A stretch of DNA of 64,000 nt, taken from positions 56,841-120,840 of the forward strand of contig LFCQ01000006.1 of the NCBI GenBank assembly GCA_001189195.1, written 5' to 3'. The notes beneath the pieces were generated by a model that saw only the letters and a list, made by a program, of their open reading frames with translations, was not told the DNA's origin and ran no database searches. Source of the stretch: Parcubacteria bacterium C7867-007 (GTDB lineage: Bacteria; Patescibacteriota; Minisyncoccia; Phycocordibacterales; Phycocordibacteraceae). Position numbers and translations under genes: made by a program. This document shows, in pieces, positions 47,882-56,194 of the stretch (within the stretch, counting starts at the first letter, position 1; every line of letters begins with the position of its first letter).

Positions 47882-48409
47882 ATGGGTTGGACAGACGAAC
47901 GTATTGAACTGCTCAAGAATCTCTGGAGAGATGGTCTCTCCGCCTCGCAGATCGCCAAGCAGTTGGGTGGTGTCACCCGCAACGCTGTGATCGGCAAGGT
48001 TCATCGCCTTGGACTATCTGGGCGTGCGACACCCTCGAAGCCGCAACGCACCTTCTTCAAGGCGCCGCGGCCTGCGAGACCGGTCACGGCAGCTCCGTCA
48101 GCACCGCGTCGGATATATGAGTCGGTTGAAGTGCCGACTCCCGCAAAGAAGTGCGGCACGGTGGTCGCACCCACACCCGTTCACTACGTGGACGAGTCGC
48201 CTGGAACGGCGACGATCACCACCCTCGGCAACCACATGTGCAAGTGGCCGATCGGTGACCCGTCACGCGAGAACTTCACGTTCTGTGGCAACAGAGCAGA
48301 GAACGGCCCGTACTGCTACAGACATGACGCTTTGGCGCATCAACCAGCCCAGGCCAAGAAGAAGTCTGCTGCGGCTGAACTTGCTCGCTCACTTCGCCGC
48401 TACATCTAG
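47882..48409 (+). CDS. gcrA: GcrA-like cell-cycle regulator family protein (about 60% GC insert)
   Basis: MGWTDERIELLKNLWRDGLSASQIAKQLGGVTRNAVIGKVHRLGL N-terminal DNA-binding domain and C-terminal CKWPIGDP...FCG...YC; AAGGGG SD. Confidence 0.75.
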   Translation: MGWTDERIELLKNLWRDGLSASQIAKQLGGVTRNAVIGKVHRLGLSGRATPSKPQRTFFKAPRPARPVTAAPSAPRRIYESVEVPTPAKKCGTVVAPTPVHYVDESPGTATITTLGNHMCKWPIGDPSRENFTFCGNRAENGPYCYRHDALAHQPAQAKKKSAAAELARSLRRYI

Positions 48410-48433
48410 AATCTATCCCTCGGGATATCAAAC

Positions 48434-48458
48434 GGGCCCCTCCAGAACAGAGGGGCCC
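48434..48458 (+). terminator. GC-rich hairpin GGGCCCCTCCAGAACAGAGGGGCCC after gcrA-like gene
   Basis: perfect stem; weak T tract. Confidence 0.5.
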
Positions 48459-48472
48459 GTGATCTATTTTCC

Positions 48473-48859
48473 TTATTGTTTCTCGAACTCTAAACAGACT
48501 GAGTTAATACAGTATCTCTTTCCACCTTTGTCCTCAGGGCCGTCATCAAATACATGACCAAGGTGACTATTGCAGTGCTTGCAGAATACTTCAGTACGGC
48601 GCATGCCATGCGCGTCATCTGAACGGGTACCTACATTTTCAGCTACAGCAGGATCTGTAAACGAAGGCCAACCACTCTTGGAATCAAACTTTGCATCCGA
48701 AGAGAAGAGCTCATTGCCGCAAACCTTGCAGCGATACATCCCGTGGTCGTGGTTATCAACGTAGGCACCTTTCCAAGGAGCTTCAGTACCGCCTTCGCGG
48801 AGAACAGCATATTCTTCAGGGGTCAATTTGGCACGAATTTCGTCTTCATTTATATCCAT
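48473..48859 (-). CDS. msrB: peptide methionine sulfoxide reductase MsrB
   Basis: CxxC...CxxC zinc site and RTEVFCKHCNSHLGHVFDDGP. Confidence 0.9.
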   Translation of the reverse strand: MDINEDEIRAKLTPEEYAVLREGGTEAPWKGAYVDNHDHGMYRCKVCGNELFSSDAKFDSKSGWPSFTDPAVAENVGTRSDDAHGMRRTEVFCKHCNSHLGHVFDDGPEDKGGKRYCINSVCLEFEKQ

Positions 48860-48917
48860 ATATGAGAATTATACCCCTATGACAAAGCGTTGCCGATAGG
48901 CTAGGATTAAGAGACGT

Positions 48918-49400
48918 ATGACCCGAACAGCCCTGCTGTCACTCCTTCTCGTGCTTACCTTCCTAGGCCTTGCAGATTCTTGGTATCTTGCCCAAACCGC
49001 ACTAGATGGCGCCTCTCTTGCCTGCAGCATTGATGGTCTTGAAAGCTTAAATGGTTGTAACCAGGTCGCACAGAGTGCGTATTCCAAGGTTATGGGAGTA
49101 CCGCTTGCACTATACGGTGTCTTCTTTTACGGGGTGCTGTTTGTTATCGCATCAGTACTCTTTGCTATGCCCTGGCGTGTACTCTACCGAGCATCAATTG
49201 TACTTGGAGTGATTGGTATGCTTCTTTCACTGTATTTCGTCTTCCTGCAGTTCTTCGTTATTAAAGCACTCTGCATATACTGCATGGCATCCATGGTCAT
49301 CTCCATTTTGATTTTCTTTGTCACACTACGACTGTGGAACCAATTCGCGGTTGTGCGTGTAGTGGAGCCCGTTACACCGGTGATACCACTTGTTTCCTAA
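48918..49400 (+). CDS. vitamin K epoxide reductase (VKOR) family protein
   Basis: 4-5 TM, CxxC redox motif CIYC and loop Cys pair. Confidence 0.7.
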   Translation: MTRTALLSLLLVLTFLGLADSWYLAQTALDGASLACSIDGLESLNGCNQVAQSAYSKVMGVPLALYGVFFYGVLFVIASVLFAMPWRVLYRASIVLGVIGMLLSLYFVFLQFFVIKALCIYCMASMVISILIFFVTLRLWNQFAVVRVVEPVTPVIPLVS

Positions 49401-49406
49401 CGTTTC

Positions 49407-50573
49407 ATGCCTATGCCACGCATCATCTCACTCGCACTTCTCACCCTGATGCTTCCGATACTCGCGCACGCAGCAACGTTTGCTGAAGATAAGACATTGG
49501 TCCTCTCAGATGCGCCTCCTGATAACACGTATCTTGCGGGCGTAACGGTAACGGTGAGTGCACCATTGCCTGCAGATCTTGCTGCAACCGGGGGTACCGT
49601 AACAACCTATTCTCCTATTACGGGTGATGCCCTTATCGCTGCAGGCACCATTCACATGCAAGAGCGAGTGGAGGGGGACGTGCGTGCAATGGGACTTCGT
49701 GTGTTGATTGATGGTGCTGTTAGAGGCGACGTAGTGGCAGCAGGCGCAACGGTTAAGGTTACTGCACCAGCACGTGATGTTCGTCTTTTTGGACTACAGG
49801 TACTTGCTACCGGAGGAGCAGAAGGACCGGTAACGATATACGGCACCGATGTAACGCTGGCTGGTGAGTATGCGGGTGATGTTGAGATAATTGCATCAGA
49901 CCGGCTCACCATTGGTCCAGATACCCGTATTCACGGCACGCTTCGCTATAACGCACCGCAACAGGTGGAGATACCTGCATCCTCGCTGGTTGATGGAGGA
50001 ATAACCTATACCGGATCGTATGCGTATGTCCCAACGAATGAAGAGGTTAAAAAGTTTGCGATTGCCGGTGCCGGCATCTTCTTTATGGTACGTGCACTTG
50101 CGGTGATGGTTGCTGCAGGTCTACTCGCAGGATTGTTCCCAATGTTTAGCACACCACTTGCTGCACGCGTATTCACACGCCGATACTCTCGTCTTAGTCT
50201 CATAGCACTGCTTGGTTTCGGTATCCTCATTGCTGCACCTGTCCTAATTCTTCTCTTAAGTGTTTCATTTGTCGGTGCAGCCATCGCTCTGCTTCTTGGA
50301 TCTGCATATATTCTTCTGCTTATCCTTTCATATCTCTACGCAGGTATTTTGGTTGGTGGGGCAGTGAGGCACTTTGCAACTAAGCGCTCGGCAACCCTCA
50401 TCTACTGGCAAGACGCGCTTGTTGGTATGCTCCTGCTCTTCATTGCAGGAAGTATCCCCTATGTCGGCTGGATTATTACACTCCTTGCGGTGTGTATCAC
50501 TCTTGGAGCGCTTGTTTCAAATCTATACCTCTTCGCGTTCCGCCGCACCACCTCTTGGCATACTGAATTCTAA
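49407..50573 (+). CDS. bactofilin-like beta-helical repeat protein with signal peptide and C-terminal TM domain
   Basis: repeats GDVRA.GLRVLIDGAVRGDVVAAGATVKV; 4 C-terminal TM. Confidence 0.4.
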   Translation: MPMPRIISLALLTLMLPILAHAATFAEDKTLVLSDAPPDNTYLAGVTVTVSAPLPADLAATGGTVTTYSPITGDALIAAGTIHMQERVEGDVRAMGLRVLIDGAVRGDVVAAGATVKVTAPARDVRLFGLQVLATGGAEGPVTIYGTDVTLAGEYAGDVEIIASDRLTIGPDTRIHGTLRYNAPQQVEIPASSLVDGGITYTGSYAYVPTNEEVKKFAIAGAGIFFMVRALAVMVAAGLLAGLFPMFSTPLAARVFTRRYSRLSLIALLGFGILIAAPVLILLLSVSFVGAAIALLLGSAYILLLILSYLYAGILVGGAVRHFATKRSATLIYWQDALVGMLLLFIAGSIPYVGWIITLLAVCITLGALVSNLYLFAFRRTTSWHTEF

Positions 50574-50577
50574 TCCT

Positions 50578-51051
50578 ATGGCTATTCCACATGTTGGTTC
50601 TGTTGCGCCCGCCTTCACTCTTCCTGATCAGGATGGAGCTCAACATACGCTCTCAGAAGCAAAAGGGAAGTATGCGCTTGTATACTTCTATCCAAAAGAT
50701 GATACCGGTGGGTGTACCAAGGAAGCCTGTTCTCTAGGAGAGTATTTCCCTGACTTCTCAAAAAGCGGTGCGGTGATATATGGAATCTCTCCGGATAGTG
50801 TGAAGAGCCACAAGAAGTTTGCAGAGAAATACAACCTGCCATTCACTCTCCTTGCAGATCCCGAGCACCAAGCCATAAAAGCATACGATGTGTGGGGAAA
50901 GAAGAAATTCATGGGACGTGAATATGATGGGGTGTACCGTACCTCATTCCTCATTGCACCAGATGGCACTATTGCGAAGGTATACGAGAGCGTAAAACCT
51001 GAATCACATGCACAGGAAGTACTGAACGACCTGAAAGAACTTGGTGCGTAA
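50578..51051 (+). CDS. bcp: thioredoxin-dependent peroxiredoxin Bcp
   Basis: FYPKDDTGGCTKEAC peroxidatic Cys motif. Confidence 0.85.
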   Translation: MAIPHVGSVAPAFTLPDQDGAQHTLSEAKGKYALVYFYPKDDTGGCTKEACSLGEYFPDFSKSGAVIYGISPDSVKSHKKFAEKYNLPFTLLADPEHQAIKAYDVWGKKKFMGREYDGVYRTSFLIAPDGTIAKVYESVKPESHAQEVLNDLKELGA

Positions 51052-51053
51052 CT

Positions 51054-51719
51054 ATGAATAGTAAACAGGAAGAACGGAAACTACGTGCAAAGAAGATACT
51101 CACTTATCTTAAGAAAACGTATCCGGAACCAAAGACAGAACTTGCCTATAAGACACCGGTACAACTTACCGCTGCTGTCATGCTTTCTGCGCAGTCTACA
51201 GACAAACGTGTGAATCAGGTTACAGAAACTCTCTGGAAGAAGTACAAGACCGTGAACGATTTCGCTGATGCTGATCTTGCAACTTTCACAAAGGAAATCT
51301 CAAGCATCACGTTCTATCGTAATAAGGCTAAAGCAATCATTGGTATGGCACAGCGTGTACGTAGTGAATATGGAGGAACGATTCCCAAGACTGAAACAGA
51401 ACTTGTTACTCTTCCCGGTATCGCGTACAAGTCCGCTCACGTGATTATGGGTGAGCTATACAACATATACGAAGGTATCCCCACAGACACACATGTACGT
51501 CGCTTTGCCCTTCGATTTGATCTCACTGATAGCAAGGATCTCACAAAGATTTCAAAAGATCTTGAAGCGCTGATTCCAAAAGGGGACTGGAAGTATGTAA
51601 ACAACGGACTGGTGTTGTATGGTCGCTATCTCTGCAAAGCGCTTCCACACGACTGTGATGGCCATCCTCTCACCAAGATCTGGCCACCTGCAGCAGAGCG
51701 TTGGCCGAAGAGCAAATAG
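51054..51719 (+). CDS. nth: endonuclease III (HhH-GPD)
   Basis: HhH-GPD LPGIAYKSAHVIM and catalytic region; C-terminal Cys cluster. Confidence 0.8.
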   Translation: MNSKQEERKLRAKKILTYLKKTYPEPKTELAYKTPVQLTAAVMLSAQSTDKRVNQVTETLWKKYKTVNDFADADLATFTKEISSITFYRNKAKAIIGMAQRVRSEYGGTIPKTETELVTLPGIAYKSAHVIMGELYNIYEGIPTDTHVRRFALRFDLTDSKDLTKISKDLEALIPKGDWKYVNNGLVLYGRYLCKALPHDCDGHPLTKIWPPAAERWPKSK

Positions 51720-51729
51720 TTGCGTATTT

Positions 51730-52017
51730 GATATGTGGGTATATAGTGCCCCCTAGGTTCGGTTCCTTGAAGCCTGTAAGGTCAGATGAGTCCTGAGGGG
51801 ACGATTCGTAGACACACCTGTGTGTTCCTCGTTGCAGTTAACCAAATGTCAGTTTGGTCCAACGCTCTGCGGCCTAATGGTGTGCGAGTCGTCAGGATAT
51901 AGCGCAGCTTGCTGCGCACTAACGTCACCCTAGTAGTCTAGAGGGATCGAACCAACCCTTTCTGTATTTCGTAGCCGCCACTTCGCGCGTCGCCCTCCCA
52001 GCGACGCGCTCTTTTTA
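51730..52017 (+). ncRNA. candidate structured non-coding RNA of unknown class ending in a strong terminator
   Basis: about 290 nt with no ORF, multiple hairpins, GGGGACGATTCG segment, terminator CGCGCGTCGCCCTCCCAGCGACGCGC + TCTTTTT at 51984-52016. Confidence 0.35.
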
Positions 52018-52061
52018 TACCTTCCCCTTTCATATCCACAGGATAGACTGTTGATATTGCT

Positions 52062-52871
52062 ATGGATTCTAGGAAGTTCAGGAAAATCATATGGGACTTT
52101 TATAAAAAACAAGGAAGGCATGATCTTCCTTGGAGAAACACCACTGACCCCTACCGCATCCTTGTCTCAGAGGTAATGCTGCAACAAACTCAGGTTGAGC
52201 GTGTTCGCGGATATTACGCTGCATGGCTCAAAAGGTTTCCAACAGTACGTGCGCTTGCCAAAGCACCCCTCGCTGAGGTCCTCACCCTGTGGCAGGGTCT
52301 TGGATATAATCGTCGTGCAAAGATGTTGCATGATGCAGCGAAGAAGGTGGTTATTGAATACAAAGGAAAAATGCCCACTGATCCAGATACTCTTGTATCT
52401 CTGCCCGGTGTTGGGCCATACACTGCACGTGCCGTAGCGGCATTCTCAATGAATGCAGACGTAGTGTTTATTGAGACAAACCTACGAACAGTAGTACTGC
52501 ACCATTTCTTCTCAGACAAGAAGCAGGTCTCAGATGCAGAAATATTGGAAGTACTAAGCAAATCACTTCCAAAAGGAAGATCACGAGAGTGGTATGCCGC
52601 ACTTATGGACTACGGTTCCTATCTAAAGCGCAGCGGTATACGTGTGAACACAAAGAGCATGAGTTATACAAAACAGACTGCTTTCAGTGGTTCTGGAAGA
52701 CAAGCACGGGGTGCCATTCTTAAAGAACTTGCACGAAACTCAGTAACGAAGAAACGCCTCCTCGTATTACTTGGTGACGATCGTATTGAACAGATGGAAA
52801 CACAGCTCAAGAAGCTTATATTGGAAGGAATGGTTGAGAAAACAGGAACATACTATACGTTGCCGAGTTAA
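52062..52871 (+). CDS. mutY: MutY-like adenine DNA glycosylase catalytic domain (no NUDIX domain)
   Basis: LPWRNTTDPYRILVSEVMLQQTQV...LPGVGPYTARAVAAF HhH-GPD. Confidence 0.7.
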   Translation: MDSRKFRKIIWDFYKKQGRHDLPWRNTTDPYRILVSEVMLQQTQVERVRGYYAAWLKRFPTVRALAKAPLAEVLTLWQGLGYNRRAKMLHDAAKKVVIEYKGKMPTDPDTLVSLPGVGPYTARAVAAFSMNADVVFIETNLRTVVLHHFFSDKKQVSDAEILEVLSKSLPKGRSREWYAALMDYGSYLKRSGIRVNTKSMSYTKQTAFSGSGRQARGAILKELARNSVTKKRLLVLLGDDRIEQMETQLKKLILEGMVEKTGTYYTLPS

Positions 52872-54148
52872 GCAGGATCTACACCGGAGCTGATAGCGAC
52901 CTGCTTAAGACGCATGCCTTGAATCGAGTTAGCTGCAATGACCCCGCCAACCGCAATAAGGATTCCCGTAACGATAAAGAATATAGTGAAGTTGCTGATC
53001 ATTAGAATGATGGTGCCCACGAGAGGTGCGATGAGTGCGCCTAATGGACGCATCATACGAAATATACTGACCGTGTTGATGTCTTGTTCAGATACCCTAC
53101 GAAAGAAGTGACCCTCTACCATTGCTTCAACAAGTGCAGCACCGATACGGGTTAGCAGAAGGATGCTCAGGATAATTAAGATAGAAGTTTCTGCAGTGAT
53201 GAATCCGATAAACGCAAAGGAAATACCGGTGCAGATGAATCCAGCAATGAGTAGTATGCGATCTCCAAATTTAGTGTCTGCGAGTACTCCTGCGGGGTAC
53301 TCAAGTACCACAAATGGAATCAACATCACCGCAAAGACCCACCCAAGTTGAGACCACGGAATACCTAATACGGTGTGAAGGTATAGAGGAATATACAGTG
53401 GTGCGAGATGGAAGAAGAATTGGAGAATACCCATCGCGATTGCTACGGCTCGTAGATCCTTATCCTTTGCAATGCATGCGCAGGCTTCCGTGACATTGTG
53501 TATGCCAAGAATATGCTTAGAGGGTAGTTTGCGAAGGAACATCAAGAGTATGACTGGTATGAGGGAGAGTGACGCAACCAAGAAGACTCTATCGTAATGG
53601 ACATCTCCATCAAGAAGTAGGCCAATGATAAGGGGCGCAATCACCAACATAATATTGCCCGCAGTGAGGAATGCTGTGCGTACACGGCCCGTTTCATCTT
53701 CGCTCTCAACAGTAGCTTCAAGAAGAATATCCAGCTGATACACCAGTAGGGGAGAAACGGCACAAGCAAGTGCTGCAAGTAGTACCGCACCGACTGCCGT
53801 TGGAATAAGTGCGAGCCATAGCAGGATGCACATCTCTACCAATGCAAAAAAGATCACAAGACGCTGAGCACCATGCTGCGCCACAAGCTTTGGCATGAAA
53901 GGGAAGACACCGAGTGTTACCAATGCACCCAAAGCGACCACCAAACCAGTGCTCTCTTTGGGCATGAATATCGCCAGATATGGCGTGAGTATATATATAA
54001 TGAGGAAAAAGTGCGCTGCAGCAAAGAAATTGCTTAGTGAAAGAATACGGCGCGCTTGCATAGTGATACGAATTGTACCATTTGCATAAAAGAAACGGCC
54101 GCACATAATGCGGCCGTTTCTTTGTAAAACTACGTTGCTACACTCCAA
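52868..54148 (-). CDS. MFS transporter
   Basis: 12 TM; 426 aa. Confidence 0.7.
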   Translation of the reverse strand: MECSNVVLQRNGRIMCGRFFYANGTIRITMQARRILSLSNFFAAAHFFLIIYILTPYLAIFMPKESTGLVVALGALVTLGVFPFMPKLVAQHGAQRLVIFFALVEMCILLWLALIPTAVGAVLLAALACAVSPLLVYQLDILLEATVESEDETGRVRTAFLTAGNIMLVIAPLIIGLLLDGDVHYDRVFLVASLSLIPVILLMFLRKLPSKHILGIHNVTEACACIAKDKDLRAVAIAMGILQFFFHLAPLYIPLYLHTVLGIPWSQLGWVFAVMLIPFVVLEYPAGVLADTKFGDRILLIAGFICTGISFAFIGFITAETSILIILSILLLTRIGAALVEAMVEGHFFRRVSEQDINTVSIFRMMRPLGALIAPLVGTIILMISNFTIFFIVTGILIAVGGVIAANSIQGMRLKQVAISSGVDPA

Positions 54149-56111
54149 TCAGTACCGGAATAACCATCGGTGCTTTATTGGTGCGGTTGAAGAGGTACCC
54201 ACTCATAACGTCTGTAAGATTGTTCTTCACATAGTCGAGATCTACCGGATTCATACCATGGGTAGAATCTTCCACTGTCTTCTTAATGAGCAGGCGGGCC
54301 TGGTTAAGAAGATCTTGGCTTTCACGTAGATATACGAAGCCACGAGAGATGATATCGGGAGACTTGCGCAGCTTTCCTGTCTTCAAGTTCACGGTAGCGA
54401 TGATGACGAACATACCATCCTTTGCGAGGGCCTGACGATCACGGATCACCACCTCCTGCATATCACCGATTGCAAAGCCATCTACGATAAGTGGGGAAGA
54501 GGGAACCTTCTCTTTGTGAATATCAAGGCGCTCTCCATCAATGATGTCGATCACCATACCGTTATCAGCAACGATGATGGAATCACGAGCACGTCCCGCC
54601 TGTTCCATTGCCTTTGCGTGTGATGCGGTCATCGAGTAGTACCCGTATGCAGGCATGAAGAAGGTTGAGTTAACTTTCTTATTGATCCAGATTAGCTCAC
54701 CCGTGTTGCCGTGACCGGTTGAGTGCACGTCACTTGAACGATAGTGGATGAGGGTAACCCCATTACGGTATAGATTGTCCTTCAGCTTCTGTACGGCAAT
54801 CTCATTTCCAGGAATAACTGAAGAGGAAAGAACGATGGTGTCGCGTGGGTTAAGCTGGACATTCTTATGCTGCTTCGTTGCGATACGCATGAGTGCTGCA
54901 AACTCCTCACCTTGTGCACCAGTAGAAAGAATAACAATCTTGTCTGGTGAGTAGTCACCAATTTCCTGTGCAGGGATAATTGTATCTTTCTTGATGTTGA
55001 TAAGATTGGTCTTCTGAGCAATCTCAAGGTTCGTCTTGATAGAACGACCCTCTGTTACCACCTTCTTTCCAAGCTTCTCGCAAGTCTCGATGATGTGAAT
55101 CATACGTTCGAACTGAGAAGCGAAGGTACCAATGATAAGACGTCCATGTACATTCTTGATGATTTCCTCAAGCGTTTCATGCACTTTACGTTCTGGCATA
55201 GAGAAGCCATCACGCTCAGCGTTAGTTGAGTCTGCGATAAAGAAGAGATTCTTCTGTGCAGCGAGTACACCCCAGGTCTTCTCTTCTTTTGCGGTTGGAA
55301 CACCGTTGTCATGATCCAGCTTAAGATCTCCCGTTACCACTACATTGCCGTATGGAGTCTCAATAGCGATACCCATGGAATCAGGAATCGAGTGAGTAAC
55401 ACCGAAGAACTGAACCTTGGTGGATCCAATGGTCATAGTCTGACCCGCTTCAACCACCACAATGTTTGGCTTAGGCACATCAGGATACTCTTCCTGACGC
55501 TTCTGAATCATCACCGCAGTGAGGTTCTGGGTGTAGATCGGTGGATTGCCGAAACGATTCATCAAGAATGGAATACCGCCGATGTGGTCGAGGTGACCGT
55601 GGGTGATGAACACACCACGTACACGATCGGTGTTCTTCTCAAGGTATGCCGTGTTTGGAAGCATGTAGTCCACTCCAGGATTGGAATCCTCAGATACGAA
55701 CTGGAAGCCTACGTCGAAGACGAAGATATCTCCGTTCGTTTCAACGCAGAACATGTTGCGTCCCACTTCCTCCACACCACCGAGCGGAATCACACGAACT
55801 ACGTTTGATGCCGGAGCAGCAGGGAAGTAGTCCGCACCACGCTTTGGGGTGCTGTTTGGGGCAGGGCGGCGCATACGCATGCGGTCGCGAGATGACCCAC
55901 GACTTGCTCCACGCGGCCCAGCAGGGCGGTTGTTGCGGGGTCCTTCAGCGCGTGGCGCGCTTCCTTCAGGACGCGGTCCACGATTTTGACCACCGCGTCG
56001 TACGGGACGACGTGATGCACCCTCAGGACGTGGGGTGCGTGCTGGGGAATCCTGACGAGGACCATCGTGCGGAGTACGAGGTGCCGGAGCAGGTGCTGGT
56101 GCTGATGCCAT
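54138..56111 (-). CDS. rnj: ribonuclease J with about 100-aa N-terminal Arg/Pro/Gly-rich disordered extension
   Basis: metallo-beta-lactamase HGHLDH, beta-CASP; N-terminus PAPAPAPRTP...RRGGQNRGPRPEG. Confidence 0.85.
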   Translation of the reverse strand: MASAPAPAPAPRTPHDGPRQDSPARTPRPEGASRRPVRRGGQNRGPRPEGSAPRAEGPRNNRPAGPRGASRGSSRDRMRMRRPAPNSTPKRGADYFPAAPASNVVRVIPLGGVEEVGRNMFCVETNGDIFVFDVGFQFVSEDSNPGVDYMLPNTAYLEKNTDRVRGVFITHGHLDHIGGIPFLMNRFGNPPIYTQNLTAVMIQKRQEEYPDVPKPNIVVVEAGQTMTIGSTKVQFFGVTHSIPDSMGIAIETPYGNVVVTGDLKLDHDNGVPTAKEEKTWGVLAAQKNLFFIADSTNAERDGFSMPERKVHETLEEIIKNVHGRLIIGTFASQFERMIHIIETCEKLGKKVVTEGRSIKTNLEIAQKTNLINIKKDTIIPAQEIGDYSPDKIVILSTGAQGEEFAALMRIATKQHKNVQLNPRDTIVLSSSVIPGNEIAVQKLKDNLYRNGVTLIHYRSSDVHSTGHGNTGELIWINKKVNSTFFMPAYGYYSMTASHAKAMEQAGRARDSIIVADNGMVIDIIDGERLDIHKEKVPSSPLIVDGFAIGDMQEVVIRDRQALAKDGMFVIIATVNLKTGKLRKSPDIISRGFVYLRESQDLLNQARLLIKKTVEDSTHGMNPVDLDYVKNNLTDVMSGYLFNRTNKAPMVIPVLIGV

Positions 56112-56194
56112 AATATATTTTGAATTTAGAATAATGTGTTTAGTAAAAACAAACAGTGAGAAGTAGGTGACGCGTGCGTCCTGCCTACTACTTT

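Noticed and set aside
51730-52017. tmRNA (ssrA) identity for the nth-mutY intergenic RNA
   Set aside because: Only a weak 5' GGGGACGATTCG resemblance was found. No matching 3' acceptor strand or CCA, no T-arm in the right place and no canonical ...LAA tag frame. Left as an unclassified candidate.
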